The position numbers and the translations under genes are program-made. From the NCBI RefSeq assembly GCF_963921235.1, contig NC_086097.1, positions 249,490,001 through 249,554,000 on the forward strand: a stretch of 64,000 nt of DNA, written 5' to 3'. This DNA comes from Mobula hypostoma. Lineage: Eukaryota. Below are positions 38,143-52,279 of this stretch, piece by piece (the stretch's first letter is position 1; every line of letters begins with the position of its first letter). The notes under the pieces were generated by a model. It was not told the DNA's origin. It did not search any database and saw only the letters and a program-made list of their open reading frames with translations.

Positions 38143-38576
38143 CTCTAGTGATTATACAAAGTATAATTACGTTAGCTTCTCTCAGTACTGTATTAATTGA
38201 ACAAGTGTTTTCTCTTAAGTGTTGACTCTTAAGAAATAGAATGGAATTTTCCTCATCTATGGGTATTAAAAATAGCTGCTCCATGCCGGGTGCCAACTTA
38301 GTTCTTTATCTCTCCTTTCACTTAGTAGACCTCTATCAATTTTCTCTTTGTTGCATTAACACTTAATAAAATGATCATGAAACAAGTTTTGTGTCCCTTT
38401 TCTGACTTCTGAAAGAACATAGTATGAAAACATCAAATACCTCACTGTCTACAAAATTCCTAGTGAAACTGCACAGTTCCACAAATCCGAATTAATAACA
38501 GGAGTCAATCCAATTGCACGCTTTCTGGGAAGGAATTACTTTCAAATATTAAGTTCAGAGAAACAATTTTTCCAAC

Positions 38577-38844
38577 CTGCAGATGGAAGTATTTGCTTTG
38601 GAACAACAGTGCAATTTGGCACCATCAACAGCTGTGGCAGGCAATCCATTCGTGCTGTTATCTGGATTACTTGATCCGGAACTTTCTAAAAAGCATTGCC
38701 ACAGTGGATCCTGAGGCAGAGGCATTTTCTTACAGCCTTCGATAAGTCCATCAACAATTTCTTGATCAGTGGACTTTGTCATCAGTACTTTTCGACATGT
38801 GGTCTGACAAGCAAAGTCTTCTGCTCTGTCACAGCAGTATAAAC
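38577..38844 (-). CDS. RECK: RECK coding exon (about exon 9), 268 bp: LYCCDRAEDFACQTTCRKVLM...PLPQDPLWQCFLES...LHCCSKANTSIC(R)
   Basis: cttcag|GT...TGC AG|gttgga; CC4 and start of CC5. Confidence 0.96.
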
Positions 38845-41191
38845 CTGAAGAATTGGGAAATTTAACAGTACTAATTAGATTTACTCCACACTTAAACTGG
38901 AATTGTCATTCATGCTAGATTTTTTGAATTAGCAAATATTGCACTGCCTTTGATAAAGGAAAGTGACAGCCAAGTAGAACGCACAAGAAAGTTAGTCAAG
39001 AATCTATAATCATTAGTTAGCTGCTGTTTTGTGTTTACTTTTTTTTAAAAAAAAGAGTGGTGGGTGCCTGTTGCGAGACATACATATACATTGGGGGTAT
39101 CTAAGGAAGTCCAGGACAGGCACAAGAATGATAGAAAAATGGAGATGATGTGGGAGGGAAGGGTTATTTAATCGTAGAGCAGGTTAAAAGGTTGGCCCAA
39201 CATTGTGAACCGAATGGCCTGTACTGTGCTGCAATGTTCCTTTTGTTTACGGTAATTTAAATTTTCCAATGGCTTTTGCGACAAAAAGCTTGTTGTGGGA
39301 CTTCACGAGTAAATGCATTCACATATTGCCTTTAGATGAACACGAAAGGATTCTTCCACTAAACAGAGAAGCTAGGGATCAGGGGGTCAAAACCTGGGGT
39401 CCACAGACCCTTCAGTTAATGGTAGGGCTGCATGGCATACAAAGTTTGGGGACACCTGCCTGAGACACATCCCAGCGCATGGTAGATTGAAAAATATAAG
39501 AGAGAATAAATATAAATCAACCAACAGCAAGAGCCAAGCTTGGATTTAAAAACAAAATATCAAAACCCTGATTTGCTTAGATTTTAAGTACAAACCAAAA
39601 CATATGCCACAAGGCCCTCAGCAGAATTTGGATCTGTACAATATCTCCATTTGGGGAGATACATACCCCACACGGCCCTCAACAGTATTTGGATCTGTAC
39701 AATATGGGTTATCCCGGGACGATGGACCGGTTCATTTTCAAACATCCATAAGGCAATTTTGCCATGAGTTTATTTTAGAACGTGGAACAGTACAGGCCAT
39801 TCTGCTTGCAATGTTGTGCCAACACTTTAACCCACTCTAAAATCAATCCAACCGTTAACTCGCACACAACCCTCCATTTTCCCTCATTGATATGTCTATC
39901 TGAAAGTACCTAATGTATCTGCCTCTGCAACCACCACTGGCAGCACATTCCACACACCCACCCCTCTGTAGAAAACCCACCTCTGACCTATGTATGGGAT
40001 ATTGAAGATACTCCATATTTTCCTCCCAACACCTTAAAGTTTGGCTTTCTTGTGCTCGGCATGGAGGGAAAAAAAAGTCTCTGGCTGTTTATTCACTCTA
40101 TGCCCCTTATCATCTTGTAAACTTCTCTCACCCTCCTTTGCCCCAGAGGGAAAAGATCAAGCTCATTCAACCTATCCTCATAAGACATGTTCTCCAACCC
40201 ACGTATCATCCTACAAGTCTCCTCTGTACCCTCTCTAAACCTTCCACTTCTTTCCTATAATGAGGCAACCAGAAGTGAACACAATACTTTGTCCAGAAGG
40301 TGGAAAATGCATAACCATGCTCATGCACCAATGCATAAAATGCACATGCCTCCACAGTATTTCATTAATGAGCATCAAATACATACAAATTAAAGGTTGA
40401 ATAGGTTAGGACTTTATTCCATAGAACGTAGGAGATTCAAGGGAGATTTGATAGAGGTATACAAAATTATGAGGGGTATAGATAGGGTAAATGCAAGCAG
40501 GCTTTTTCCACTGAGGCTAGGTGAGACTACAACTAGAGGTCATGGGTTAAGGGTGAAAGGCAAAATGATTAAGGGGAGCACGAGGGGAAATTTCTTCACT
40601 CATAGTGTCTTGTGTGTGTGGAATGAGCTGCCAGCACAAGTGGTGCATTGCAAGCTCAATTTCAACGTTAAAGAGAAGTTTAGATAGGTACAAGAACGGG
40701 AGAGGTTTGGAAGGCTATGATCCCAGTGCAGGTCAATGGAAGTAGGCAGTTTAAATGGCTCAGCACAGACTAGATGGGCCGAAGAGCCTGTTTCTGTGCT
40801 GTACTTTACTATGACTCTACAACTGATAAAAAAAAAGACAATTACAGCTGCCAGTAAAAGTCACTTGCAGTCAAACATTTCAAACTATTTTATAAAAATG
40901 GAAATAGTTTGGAAGAATAGCCCTATTGCACAACAGGTCATGAGCACAAACTACAGAGATGTTATCCATTATCCCACACAAGAAATCTGATAAGGATATT
41001 GGCAGACAAGAGAGAAATTAATAGATAAGCAGGAACTCAGCTAAAAAAAAAACAAAAATGAAACAAGAGAATGCTCAGACTTGGCATAAAAATCAAGGCA
41101 AAAACAGCAATGACAGTTCAGTGCTTAATATGATATTAATAACCATGACACATAAACATAAGAGATTCTGCAGATGCTGGAAATCCAGAAC

Positions 41192-41230
<39 letters not shown>

Positions 41231-41504
41231 CACTGGAGAAACTCAGCAAGGCAGGCAGCATGTAAGGAGGAGTCAACATTTCAGGCCGACATCCTTCATT
41301 AGGACTCATATAGGCATTTCAAATGGTTCAGCATGAACTAGATCGTCCAAAGGGTTTGCTTCTGTGCTGTAGTTTTCTGTGACACCATATCACAAAGCTG
41401 CAACGCGCATGCTGTCGACCGTAACAGAGACGGGTAAAATAGACAATGAGGAGAGGGCATTTCCTGTGAGAATCACTGGAATAGTTTGAAGGATTCATAC
41501 TTAC

Positions 41505-41702
41505 TATCAACAGGATTTTTCATTGGATACGAGCGAGTGTAATTGTCAACACATTGAATAAGCTGTGGGCTGATGGAGGCACAATAGTTTTCCACAGCTT
41601 TAATCTGCGATTGTGTGGGAGAAGAATCTGTCCGGAAAATAGCGTGGCAGTATTCTCGACAGTTTGTATGCCGACCCGCATAGCTGCAGCATAAAGATCC
41701 CA
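41505..41702 (-). CDS. RECK: RECK coding exon (about exon 8), 198 bp: GSLCCSYAGRHTNCREYCHAIFRTDSSPT...MKNPVD(S)
   Basis: ttacag|TG...GAT A|gtaagt; CC3 domain; overlaps ORF 41473..41703. Confidence 0.96.
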
Positions 41703-43082
41703 CTGTAATTTAACAAAAGCAGATTGTAATTCATTCATCAGTTTAAAGATCCCTATTTGTTCATTGAGCATATAGATCTTTTTCTGACATACTTCAGAAA
41801 ATCTGACAATTTCTCACTTTGAAAACACCGAATGACCATTTCAAGATTCAAGATTGTCACAAGTACATCAAAACATACAGTGAAATGTGTCATTTGAGTT
41901 AACAACTAACACACCCGACAGTGTGCAGGAGGCAGTCCACAGAAGTCACCACCATGCCAGTGCCAACATGGCATGCCCACAACGCTTGGCAGTACACCAC
42001 AACATCAACTTCTACCTCAAGAGTTGCCTACCTGGGGTCCATGGATCCCTCGGTGAATGGTAGGGGTCCATGGCATAAGGCAGTTGGAACCCCTGCTCTA
42101 CCCGCAGCCAACACCCCCCCCATCTTTTTTCTCAGATGCTGCTTCCGAGGACTGATGACTTTGTGACTTCTGAGGTGGCTGGAGGCCAAAGGAAAATCCA
42201 AAAACTCTGATGTAGGTGGAGTACAGGGTGGTGGATAAAGAAGGGTGTGGGCGGGTAGTCGGGGATGTTAGTGTGCATATATTGCTGTTTATTCGATGAG
42301 CCTATTATTGAAAGACATGTGGCTTTTGAACTTCCCGATGCTCCTTGCCCATTTTGAGCGGCCATGGAACTTTAGAGATGTTACAATTTTTTCCTCTTTC
42401 GAAACTTGCAGAAGGTTCTTAAAGTATTTTCTGTCCTTAAGGTCTCCTGCTGGAACAGACTTTGAAGTAGAGTGTTTGACTCAGGTGCCCACAATGCCAA
42501 TAATGTCAACCATTATAGGGACCACCTCCACGTGATCAGTCTCCACAATGGTGACATTGCCCTTAGAGAGCCATGGGAAGATTTCCAACATTTTATTGGA
42601 TTTGGAAAGGAACATCTTCCAGGGTTTTTCTAGGGATCTTGATTGTTGGGGGCAGTTCTGTGTGGCAGTGAAAGTTCAGTACAAAATCTATCCTCTTGTA
42701 CACTTCAGTGAAGTGGTCAGTGATGACTTAAAACAGAGTCTCAGAATGGAACATTGAAACGTACAACTCAGGAACAGGCCTTTCAGCTTACAATGTCTGT
42801 TGCAACCACAATGACAAATTCAACCAATCTTTTACACCTACACCATGATCCAATTCCTGCACATTCTTCCAGCCACTATTCAATCTGCTTCCATAACTAC
42901 CCTGGAGGCCCATTCCAGGCATCATCATCATTATATGCAGTGTCCTTGTCGTATGACATGGGGGATCATGGTCTCATGACCATGATTGTTCTTGGCAAAT
43001 GTTTCTACAGAAGTGGTTTGACATTGCCTTCTTCTGGGCTGTGTCTTCACAACGCAGGTGACCCCAGTCATTATCAATACTC

Positions 43083-45338
43083 ATAGAAAACATACAGCAC
43101 AATACAGGCCCTTTGGCCCACAAAGCTGTGCCAAACATGTCCCATGTTAGAACTACCTAGGCTTCGCCCAGAGACCTCTATTTTTCTAAGCTCCATGTAG
43201 CCACCTGGGAGTCCCTTAAAAGACCCTATCGTTTCCGCCTCCACCGCCGCCACCAGCAGACCATTCCACGTACTCACCACTCTCTGTGTGAAAAAACTTA
43301 CCCCTGACATCTCCTCTGTACCTACATCCAAACACCTCAAAACTATGCCCTCTCGTGCTAGCCATTTCAGCTCTAGGCAAAAGCCTCTGACTATCCACAT
43401 GATCATTGCCTCTCATCATCTTGTACACCTCTATCAGGTCACCTCCCATCCTCCATCGCTCCAAGGAGAAAAGGCCAAGTTCACAACCTATTCTCATAAG
43501 GCATGCTCCCCAATCCAGGCAACTTCCTTGTAAATCTCCTCTGCAATCTTTCTATGGTTTCCATGTCCTTCCTATAGTGAGGCAACCAGAATTGAGCACT
43601 GTACTCCAAATGGGGTCTGACCAGGGTCCTATATTGCTGCAACATCACCTCTCGGCTCTTAAACTCAATCCCACGATTGATGAAGGCCAATGCACCGTAT
43701 GCTTTCTGAACCACAGAGTCAACCTGCATAGCTGCTTTGAGCGTCCTATGGACTCGGACCCCAAGATCCCTATGATCTTCCACACTGCCAAGAGTCTTAT
43801 CATTAATGCTGTATTCTGCCATCATATTTGACCTACCAAAATGAACCACCTCACACTTATCTGGGTTGAACTCCATCTGCCATTTCTTAGCCCAGTTTTG
43901 CATCCAATCAATGTCCCGTTGTAACCTCTGACAGCCCTCCACACTATCCACAACACCTCCAACCTTTGTGTCATCAGCAAATTTACTAACCCATCCATCC
44001 ACTTCCTCATCCAGGTCATTTATAACAATCACAAAGAGTAGGGGTCCCAGAACAGCTCCCTGAGGCACACCACTGGTCACCGGCTTCCATGCAGAATATG
44101 ACCCATCTACAACCACTCTTTGCCTTCTGTGGGCAAGCCAGTTCTGGATCCACAAAGCAATGTCCCTTTGGATCCCATGCCTCCTTACTTTCTCAATAAG
44201 CCTTGCATGGGGTACAATATCAAATGCCTTGCTGAAATCCATATACACTACATCTACTGCTCTACCTTCATCAATGCGTTTATCATAAATTCAAATCAAA
44301 AATTCAATCAGGCTCGTAAGGCATGACCTGCCTTTGACAAAGCCATGCTGACTATTCCTAATCATATTATGCCTCTCCAAATGTTTATAAATCTTGCCTC
44401 TCAGGAACTTCTCCATCAACTTACCAACCACTGAAGTAAGACTCATTGGCCTATAATTTCCTGGGCTATCCCTACTCCCTTTCTTGAATAAGGGACCAAC
44501 ATCTGCATCCTCCAGAGGTTCCAATCCTCTGGAACCTCTCCCATCCTCATTGCTGATGCAAAGATCATTGCCAGAGGCTCAGCAATCTCCTCCCTCGCTT
44601 CCCACAGTAGCCTGGGGTACATCCCGTCCTGTTCCGGTAACTTATTCAACTTGACGCTTTCCAAAAGCTCCAGCACATCCCCTTTCTTAATATCTACATT
44701 TTCAAGCTTTTCAGTCCACTGCAAGTCATCCCTCCAATCACCAAGATCATTTTCCATAGTGAATACTGAAGCAAAGTATTCATTAAGTACCTCTGCCGTT
44801 TCCTCCGGTTCCATACACACTCTTTTATTGTCACACTTGATTGGTCCTATTCTCTCACATCTTATCCTCTTGCTCTTCACATACTTGTAGAATGCCTTAG
44901 GGTTTTCCTTAATCCTGTCCACCAAGGCCTTCTCATGGCCCCTTCTGGCTCTCCTAATTTCATTCTTATACTCCTTCCTGTTAAGCTTTATAATCTTTTA
45001 GATTTATATCATTACCTAGTTTTTTTGAACCCTTCGTAAGCTCCTTTTCTTCTTGACTAGATTTACAACAACCTTTGTACACCACGGATCTTCTACCCTA
45101 CCATCCTTTCCATGTCTCATTGGAACATACCTACTCAGAACCTCACGCAAATATCCCCTGAACATTTGCCACATTTCTTCTGTACGTTTCCCTGAGAACA
45201 TTCTGTTTCCAATTTATGCTTCCAAGTTCCTGCCTGATAGCCTCGTATTTCTCCTTACTCCAATTAAACGTTTCCCTAACTTGTCTGTTCCTATCCCTCT
45301 GCAATGCTATGGTAAAGGAGATAGAATTGTGATCACTT
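43083..45338 (-). mobile_element. CR1 LINE ORF2 remnant, frameshifted
   Basis: ORFs 43481..44248 (YMDFSKAFD, FADDTK), 44291..44524 and 44443..44925. Inserted into an RTE-related SINE-like repeat. Confidence 0.9.
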
Positions 45339-45667
45339 ACAATCACGCCTCAGAGACTGTCTGCCTGGCGTCAGTGGTCACATAACCAGGACTTGTGATT
45401 TGCACCGGCTGCTCATACAACCACCCACCACTTGCTCCCATGGCTTCACAGGACCCTGATTGGGGGTGGATAGGGAGGGGGGTCTGAGAAGGTGCTTCAC
45501 CTTGTCCAAGGAGTCCTGCCGCCTAGCGGAGGGGCGTAGCACCTTACACCTCCTTCGGTACAGACAGGTCTCCACCCCGCCACAAAAAGTCAATTAGCTC
45601 ATGTTCCGTGTCAATACATTTAATAGAACACAGCATAATTTCCTAGTTTTAGGAGAAGGAAACTTAC

Positions 45668-45701
45668 TCTCATTTCTGTTGACGCAACTGAAAAATGCAG
45701 T
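45668..45701 (-). CDS. RECK: RECK coding exon (about exon 7), 34 bp: TAFFSCVNRNE(M)
   Basis: tttcag|ACT...GAG A|gtaagt. A plus TG of the next exon makes Met. Confidence 0.9.
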
Positions 45702-47463
45702 CTGAAATAAAAACAAAGAACAACACTTAGATTAGTAACAGTGAGACAAGGAATTTGAAAAAAAAACATTTTATACCACAAGTATCCCACAAAACCATGC
45801 TACCACAACCTCCTTCAACATGAATGCGTGCCATGCCATTAACAATTATATTTCCAGTCAGGCACTGCAGTAATTTTGCAGAATACTTTCATTTTGTCAT
45901 CTGCTACTCGCCCTTCTCCCCATGTGCCCCAAATCTGAAGCATTCCTATATTAGCCTTTAGCTAAGAACTGAACTTTGTTCTGTCAGTGGTCAAATAACA
46001 ACACAAACTTTAAATGTTCTAGGCTAAAAATATTTCCTGCATAGTTAACATTATATTACCACATATTATGCTGCAAGAAGACACTTATTAAAGCCACATA
46101 AACCCCATACCCAAAACAAAACCAAAAGAAACAAATTTCCATTTTTTTTTCCTGAAAACATTGGAGCCAAATGTCAATGCAATGTGTAAAGAAATAAGAC
46201 AAACTGGATGGTCTGGTCACAACTATACAAGAACCAAAATTTTAGATGTAGTTGGTGTAGACCATGAAGTGTCAAAAGATGTGTGGACAGTAAGAACAAA
46301 GCAGTGGAAATTATAGTGGGTATTTACAGACAGGACTGCAGTAAAGAAAAAAGTAGTGATTAAAGACCTCGGGGAGAGAGAGGAAATCTTGAAGCAGTCA
46401 CAGCAAGACCTATAAAAAATACAGCCAGTTTAAATCCATGTAAATGCATGTACTTATCCTGATGATTGACAATTTAAAGTTAATGCCCTAAAACAATTTC
46501 ACCCGATTTAATGGTAAACAAGTATTCTCAAAAATGCAATGCTTAAAGGATTAAAATAAATATAGCTGAAGGATTAAGAGCCCTCTAAGAGGTTAGTTTA
46601 CATTTCATGACAATGTGCTAGCACAAGAATGTTACACACTTTAAACTAAGTATAAAGTTCGTATCAGAAAGCTGAAATAGCAGTTGCAATTACAAGTCAT
46701 TACAATTCTCAATGATGTTAGTTTTCCTTTTTTCCCCTCATCTGTGATCATTTTATTCAGTCTTTAAGTCATCAGCCACCAATTGAAAAACAAATATTAA
46801 AAGAGAACATCAGAATTGCAAATGTAAATACGACAATTCTGCAGATGCTGGAAATTCAAGCAACACACATCAAAGTTGCTGGTGAACGCAGCAGGCCAGA
46901 CAGCATCTAAATTTAAAAACGTAAACACGAGGAATTCTGCCTGGCCTGCTGCGTTCACCAGCAACTTTGACGTGTGTTATCAGAATTGCAAATTACTCAT
47001 GAGAAAATACTACTTTCAAATGTGAGAATTTCTTCCACTACTATCTGACCTTCAATGATCATCTCAATATATAGCTACGTATGTATATTTAAAAAGCGAC
47101 CTGTACCTCTGGATTTTTTTTGCACCTTCATATTATGCTATCTCACATATACAGCCACACCTGTGTGTTGAATGACCAAATTAATGACTCCCCTACATAT
47201 GAATGAGCTCCCATAATATTATTATATTCAAATGTCTGATGTACATACACAATTCTAATAATGGCAGAGCTAGTCTCTCTCTCCACTTTAAGTAATTGTT
47301 TTTCCTTATAAGATAGAGGAGCAGACCCTGTATCACACCCCACCCCTGGCACTCCTCCTCTGCCACCTGTCCCACAACCCTCCCACAGTGCTCCACCACA
47401 CCATTCACAGCATCTTTTGCGCCTGCCAGATTTACAAACTTGCCCTTTATCCACAGACAAGTA

Positions 47464-47522
47464 CAGTATTGTACAACAGTCTTAGGCACTATATATCTGG
47501 CAAAGACTTTCGCACAGTACTG
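47464..47522. mobile_element. 59-bp Tc1-type mini-MITE
   Basis: ta-cagtattgtacaacagtctt ... aagactttcgcacagtactg-ta. Half copies occur at about 24772-24801 and 47634-47654. Confidence 0.55.
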
Positions 47523-47949
47523 TACTGAGTCAATCCATGAACCACAATAGAATCAATGAAGGATCACACCCACCAGAATGGACAAGCAACCCATGTGCAA
47601 GACAACAAAATGTGCAAATACAAGAGAGAAAAAAAGACTTTTGCAGAGTACTACATATTATATATACTGTACATACACAGTATATTGCAATTTGTGGCTA
47701 AAAATGAATAACATATTCAGGGCCTGGATTGAGGAGGAAAGAGTTTTGTGATGGGGAGGGAACTACAGTGATTGGTAGAGTGAAGTTTCCTTGAGGACCT
47801 GGAGAGAGCAGTCCATTTCCTTCTGGTTCACAAGCTGTGAACCACCACCTGCCTTCTTTAGCCACAGTCTCTTTTATTCCCCCTTTTACAGCGAGAAATT
47901 GTTTAATTTCAATATTGTGCTACATTTATTAATATTTGGCTACACTGAC

Positions 47950-47994
47950 CTCAAATTCCTTTCGACAGTCCTTAAGATCATTCTTTGAAGAAGC
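47950..47994 (-). CDS. RECK: RECK coding exon (about exon 6), 45 bp: ASSKNDLKDCRKEFE
   Basis: ttttag|GCT...GAG|gtcagt, phase 0/0; resembles human ASSKNDISKVCRKEYE (recalled). Confidence 0.9.
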
Positions 47995-49299
47995 CTAAAA
48001 GAAACAAATTAACACACATGTAATCAAAACAGTAACAGAAATGATAACACTTCCATGAACATATTGGATGTTGTGATTACTTTTGACAGAAGTGGTACTT
48101 TACCAACCGAAAAACATTTGGGTGTTCTTGCGTCACAGAAGTCATAAGTTAAATGTAAGTTTTTCTTTATTCAATAAACAATAGATTCACTTGTTTGTTG
48201 CTATGGGTCTCGATATTATGCAGGTATCTCTAAGTTCACTGTACACAACACAGTGTTTGATTTTGCTGTTCCATGAACATGGTTTTAAAGTTTATGCAAG
48301 GAATAACTTTGACAGTTTGATATTTGCAACTCATTTTGTACTACAGCTCGTATGAGAAATTAAACCTCAGCAATATTTAAAGTTCGAAGTAAATTTATTA
48401 TCAAAGCACATATGTCACTATGTACAATCCTGCAATTCATTTTCTTGTGGGTAATCACAGTAAATCCATAATAAAAATTCAAATATCCAGAACAGGTTTT
48501 AATTATTTTATTTCTCTCCAAAATTTTCACTTTGTACTTGAATCATAGGAAGTCATTCCTGCCTGTGGCCATCAAACTTTACAACTCCTCCCTTGGAGGG
48601 TCAGACACCCTGAGCCAAAAGGCTGGTCCTGGACTTATTTCCTGGCATAATTTACATATTATTATTTATTTATGATGCAACTGTAACGAAAACCAATTTC
48701 CCTTGGGATCAATAAAGTATGACTATGACTATGACTATGAATAGTTGATCAGAGATGAATTTTAAGGAATGCTTTCAAGTGACACCACTGCCTCATCATT
48801 AGGGACAGATAGAGTCTGTGGCATGTCGAGTTATTGAGCGAATATTTAGTTCTCATTGCACTGCAGATCGTGGTCTTTATTCGGGGCTATGCTATGGTTT
48901 GCTTGGTGGGTGGGGAGTGCTGACTGTTTTTGTGGAAGTAAGGGGGAAGGTGGAGGGTCGATGCTTTGCTGCTTCTTGAGTGAGGGAGGGGGCTTTGGGA
49001 TTCTAATGTTTTTTTACTGTCACTCATTCATTGGGGCACTCTTCTGTTTTTGTGGATATCTGCAAAGAACAAAAATTTCCGGTTGTATATTGCATACATT
49101 CTCTGATATTAAATGGAACTATTGAGGAGGTGTAGGTAGAAACAAATAAGGTTAGGGAATGAATTACAAAGACCTGAGACCAGAAGACCATAAAATATAG
49201 TGGTGATCTTAAGGCTTTAAGTTGTTCAAGGATTCAGCAAAGAAAGGCTTCGGTCAGAGAAAGCAAAGGAAAAAAAAGCTCCATTTCCCCTCTTCTTTA

Positions 49300-50092
49300 T
49301 ATCTACTCAGGGATGACAGGTGGGATTGTGCAATGTTCCTCTTGCAGGATGTGGGAAGACAGGGAGACCTCCAGTGTCCCTGACAACTACAACCGCGAGA
49401 AGTGCATCCGGCTGCAGCTTCTACAAACAGCGTTAAGGAGTTAGAGCTGGAACTGGATGAGCACCGGGTCGTTTGTGAGGCTGAAGAGATGACAGATAGG
49501 ACCTAGTGAGAGGTAGTTACACCCAAGGAAACTGGGTGACAGTCAAGAAGGGGAAAGGTCTTGAGGTACCAGCGTTGAGTTCCCCTGTGGCCATCCGCCT
49601 CAACAACAGCTAAATCACTTCAGATAGGGTCGACTGGGATGACCTAACAGAGGAAAGTCACAGTGGTCAGGTCTCTGGCACTGAGCCTGCCTCTTTGACT
49701 CAGACAGAAAGTGGGGGGGAACGGGGAACCGGAAACACACTGTGGTTCGCTGTGGTAAACGTTAGTTAGGGAATGGACAGGAAGTACTGAGGGCAAGAAC
49801 GAGATTCCCGGATGGTACGTTGCCTGCTGGGTGCCAGGGTCCAGGACATCTCAGATCGAGTCCACAGCATTAAGTATGAGGGTGAACAGACAGAAGTCGT
49901 GATCTACGTAGGTATGAATGACATGGGTAGGACGAGTGACAAGGTTCTGCATAGGGAGTTAAAGGGCAGGACCTCCAAGGTTGTGATCTCAGGATTGCTA
50001 CCCAATGCCACATGCTAGTGGGGCTAGAACTTGGAAGATTGTACAGTTCAATACGTGGCTAAGGAGTTGGCAGGGCATAAGATTTTCGGATC
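49300..50092 (+). mobile_element. Decayed CR1 ORF1 (CxxC zinc finger/leucine zipper plus SGNH-esterase-like region)
   Basis: VQCSSCRMWE, KCIRLQLL, VKELELELDE, and CLLGARVQDI...VVIYVGMNDMG (GxND block). Confidence 0.7.
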
Positions 50093-50787
50093 ATTGTAAC
50101 AAATTCCACAAATTCACCACCCTTCAGCTGAAGAAATTTCTCCGCATGTTTGTTTTGAAAGGGTGCCCCTCTATCCTGAGACTATGTCCTCTTGTCCGAG
50201 ACTCCCCCACCATGGGAAACATCCTTTCCACATCTAGTCCGTCTAGGCCTTGCAACAATCAAAAGGTTTCAATGAGATCCTCCCTCATCCTTCTGAATTC
50301 CACCCAGTGTCATCAAACGTTCCTCGTATGATAACCCTTTCATTCCTGGAATCATCCTCGTCAACCTCCTCTGGACCCTCTCCAATGCCAGTGCTTCTTT
50401 TCTAAGATGAGGAGCCCAAAACTGTTCACAATTCTCAAGGCGAGGCCTCACCAGTGCCTTATAAAGTCTCATGGGGAGTAAAAATCTTTACGTTACGTCT
50501 CCATCTAAATGTGCAATGTGCAATTTATAAGAAACAGTATGTACAACAGGTCAGTCAATATAACATAGAAATACAATTGTATCAGCATGAATTAATCAGT
50601 CTGATGGCCTGGTGGAAGAAACTGTCCCGGAGCTGGAACAAGTTTGTGGTTGGGGTGACTCGGGTCCCCAATGATCCTTTGGGCCCTTTTTACACACCTG
50701 TCTTTGTAATTGTCCTGAATGGTGGGAAGTTCACATCTACAGATGCAATGAGTATTGTTAACAGTTCTGGGCTCCTCATCTAACATC

Positions 50788-51292
50788 AGATGTGCTGGCA
50801 TCGGAGAGGGTTCAGAGGAGGTACACAAGGATGATTCTGGAAAGTAAAGGGTTATCATACGAGGAACATTTGATGGCTCTGGGTCTGTACTCGCTGGAAT
50901 TCAGAAGGATGAGGGGGGATCTCCTTGAAACCTTTCAAATGCTGAAAGGCCTAGACAGAGTTGATGTAGAAAGAATGTTTCCCGTGGTGGGAGAGTCTAT
51001 GACAAGAGGGCATAGAGGGGCGTCCATTTAAAACAGAGATGCAGAGAAATTTCTTTAGCTAGAGAGTGGTGAATTTGTGGAACTTATTACCACAGGCAGC
51101 TGTGCGGGCCAGGTGATTGGATGTATTTACAGCAGAGCTTGATACATTCTTGAATGGACACAGCATCAAAGGTTATGGGGAGAAGGCCGGGGAGTGGGGC
51201 TGAAGGGGGAAAAAAGGATCAGCATGATTGAATGGCGGAGCAGACTTGATGGGTCAAATGGCCTAATTCTGCTCCCATGTCTTATGGTCTTG
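50788..51292 (+). mobile_element. CR1 3' fragment (an opposite-strand CR1 piece lies at about 50093-50470)
   Basis: ERVQRRYTRMI...LYSLEFRRMRGDL. Confidence 0.8.
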
Positions 51293-52279
51293 ATGTTGCA
51301 GGCTGAGACCAATTGACTAATATAGGCCATTAACTAATATCTGTTGTAATGTGTCAATGAAAGCACTTTGATATCTTCTGCTGTCAGTCCTAAAATGGCA
51401 GCATATCAAAATGCATTAGATCACATGTTCCCATGTAATGTCCAAAGCATCGTGAAATGACCAGATCAACAATTATCCTTCAACGTGTAATATCAGAAAA
51501 GTAAACTGGGTATTTGCTGATTTGTGATTTTGAGATGTGTGAAATTAAAAGGGAAATCATCTTTAAGGAGCCTGTACATCCAAAGACTGGTCACTGTAAA
51601 TGGTCCCACCATTAGGTAAGGGTTAGGGTGAAATCGGGGTGGTCAGGGCTTGCGGGATGGTGCGGCTCAAAGGGCTGGAACAGCCTACTCTATCTTTAAA
51701 TAAAATAAAATGGATTATGTGAGGCTATGTTCTAGTTTGTGCAATCCCTTTATGGTGCCAGCGATCACTGATCGGGCTTTGATTCCTGCCACTGTATGTA
51801 AGGAGTTAAAAACACATTCTCCCCTTGAGCACGTGGGTTTCCTCTGGGTGCTCCAGTTTCCTCCCACATTCCAAAAACATACAGGTTCGGGTCAGTAAGT
51901 TGTGGCCATTCTATGATGGCACCTGAAGTGTAGCGACACTTGCGAGCTGCGCCCCCCCCCCCCCCCCGCCACCCCCAGCACAACCTCTGACTGTGCTGGT
52001 CACTGATGCAAAACACCGTACTTCACTTTATGTTTTGATGTGCACATGACAAATAAAGCTAATCTTTAGATCTTTTAAACAATCCTCATTTAGCTCATAA
52101 TGTCTAAGCCTGACTTTTGTAGAGCAGTGGTGTCAGTCCCATTCTCTACATCTGCCTACATGTGAACACTAACTGCTGCCAAAAGTAATTAACCATCAAC
52201 ATGAGCATCCTCAGCACATTATAAAATGCTTTTACTGCTTTTGTAAATAAAAGCAACTTCTGCCATCTTAATAACGAGG

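Noticed and set aside
41473..41504. Short RECK isoform by read-through of the 198-bp exon (SKYESFKLFQ*)
   Set aside because: The donor is a consensus gtaagt and I see no convincing nearby polyadenylation signal. Transcript data would be needed.
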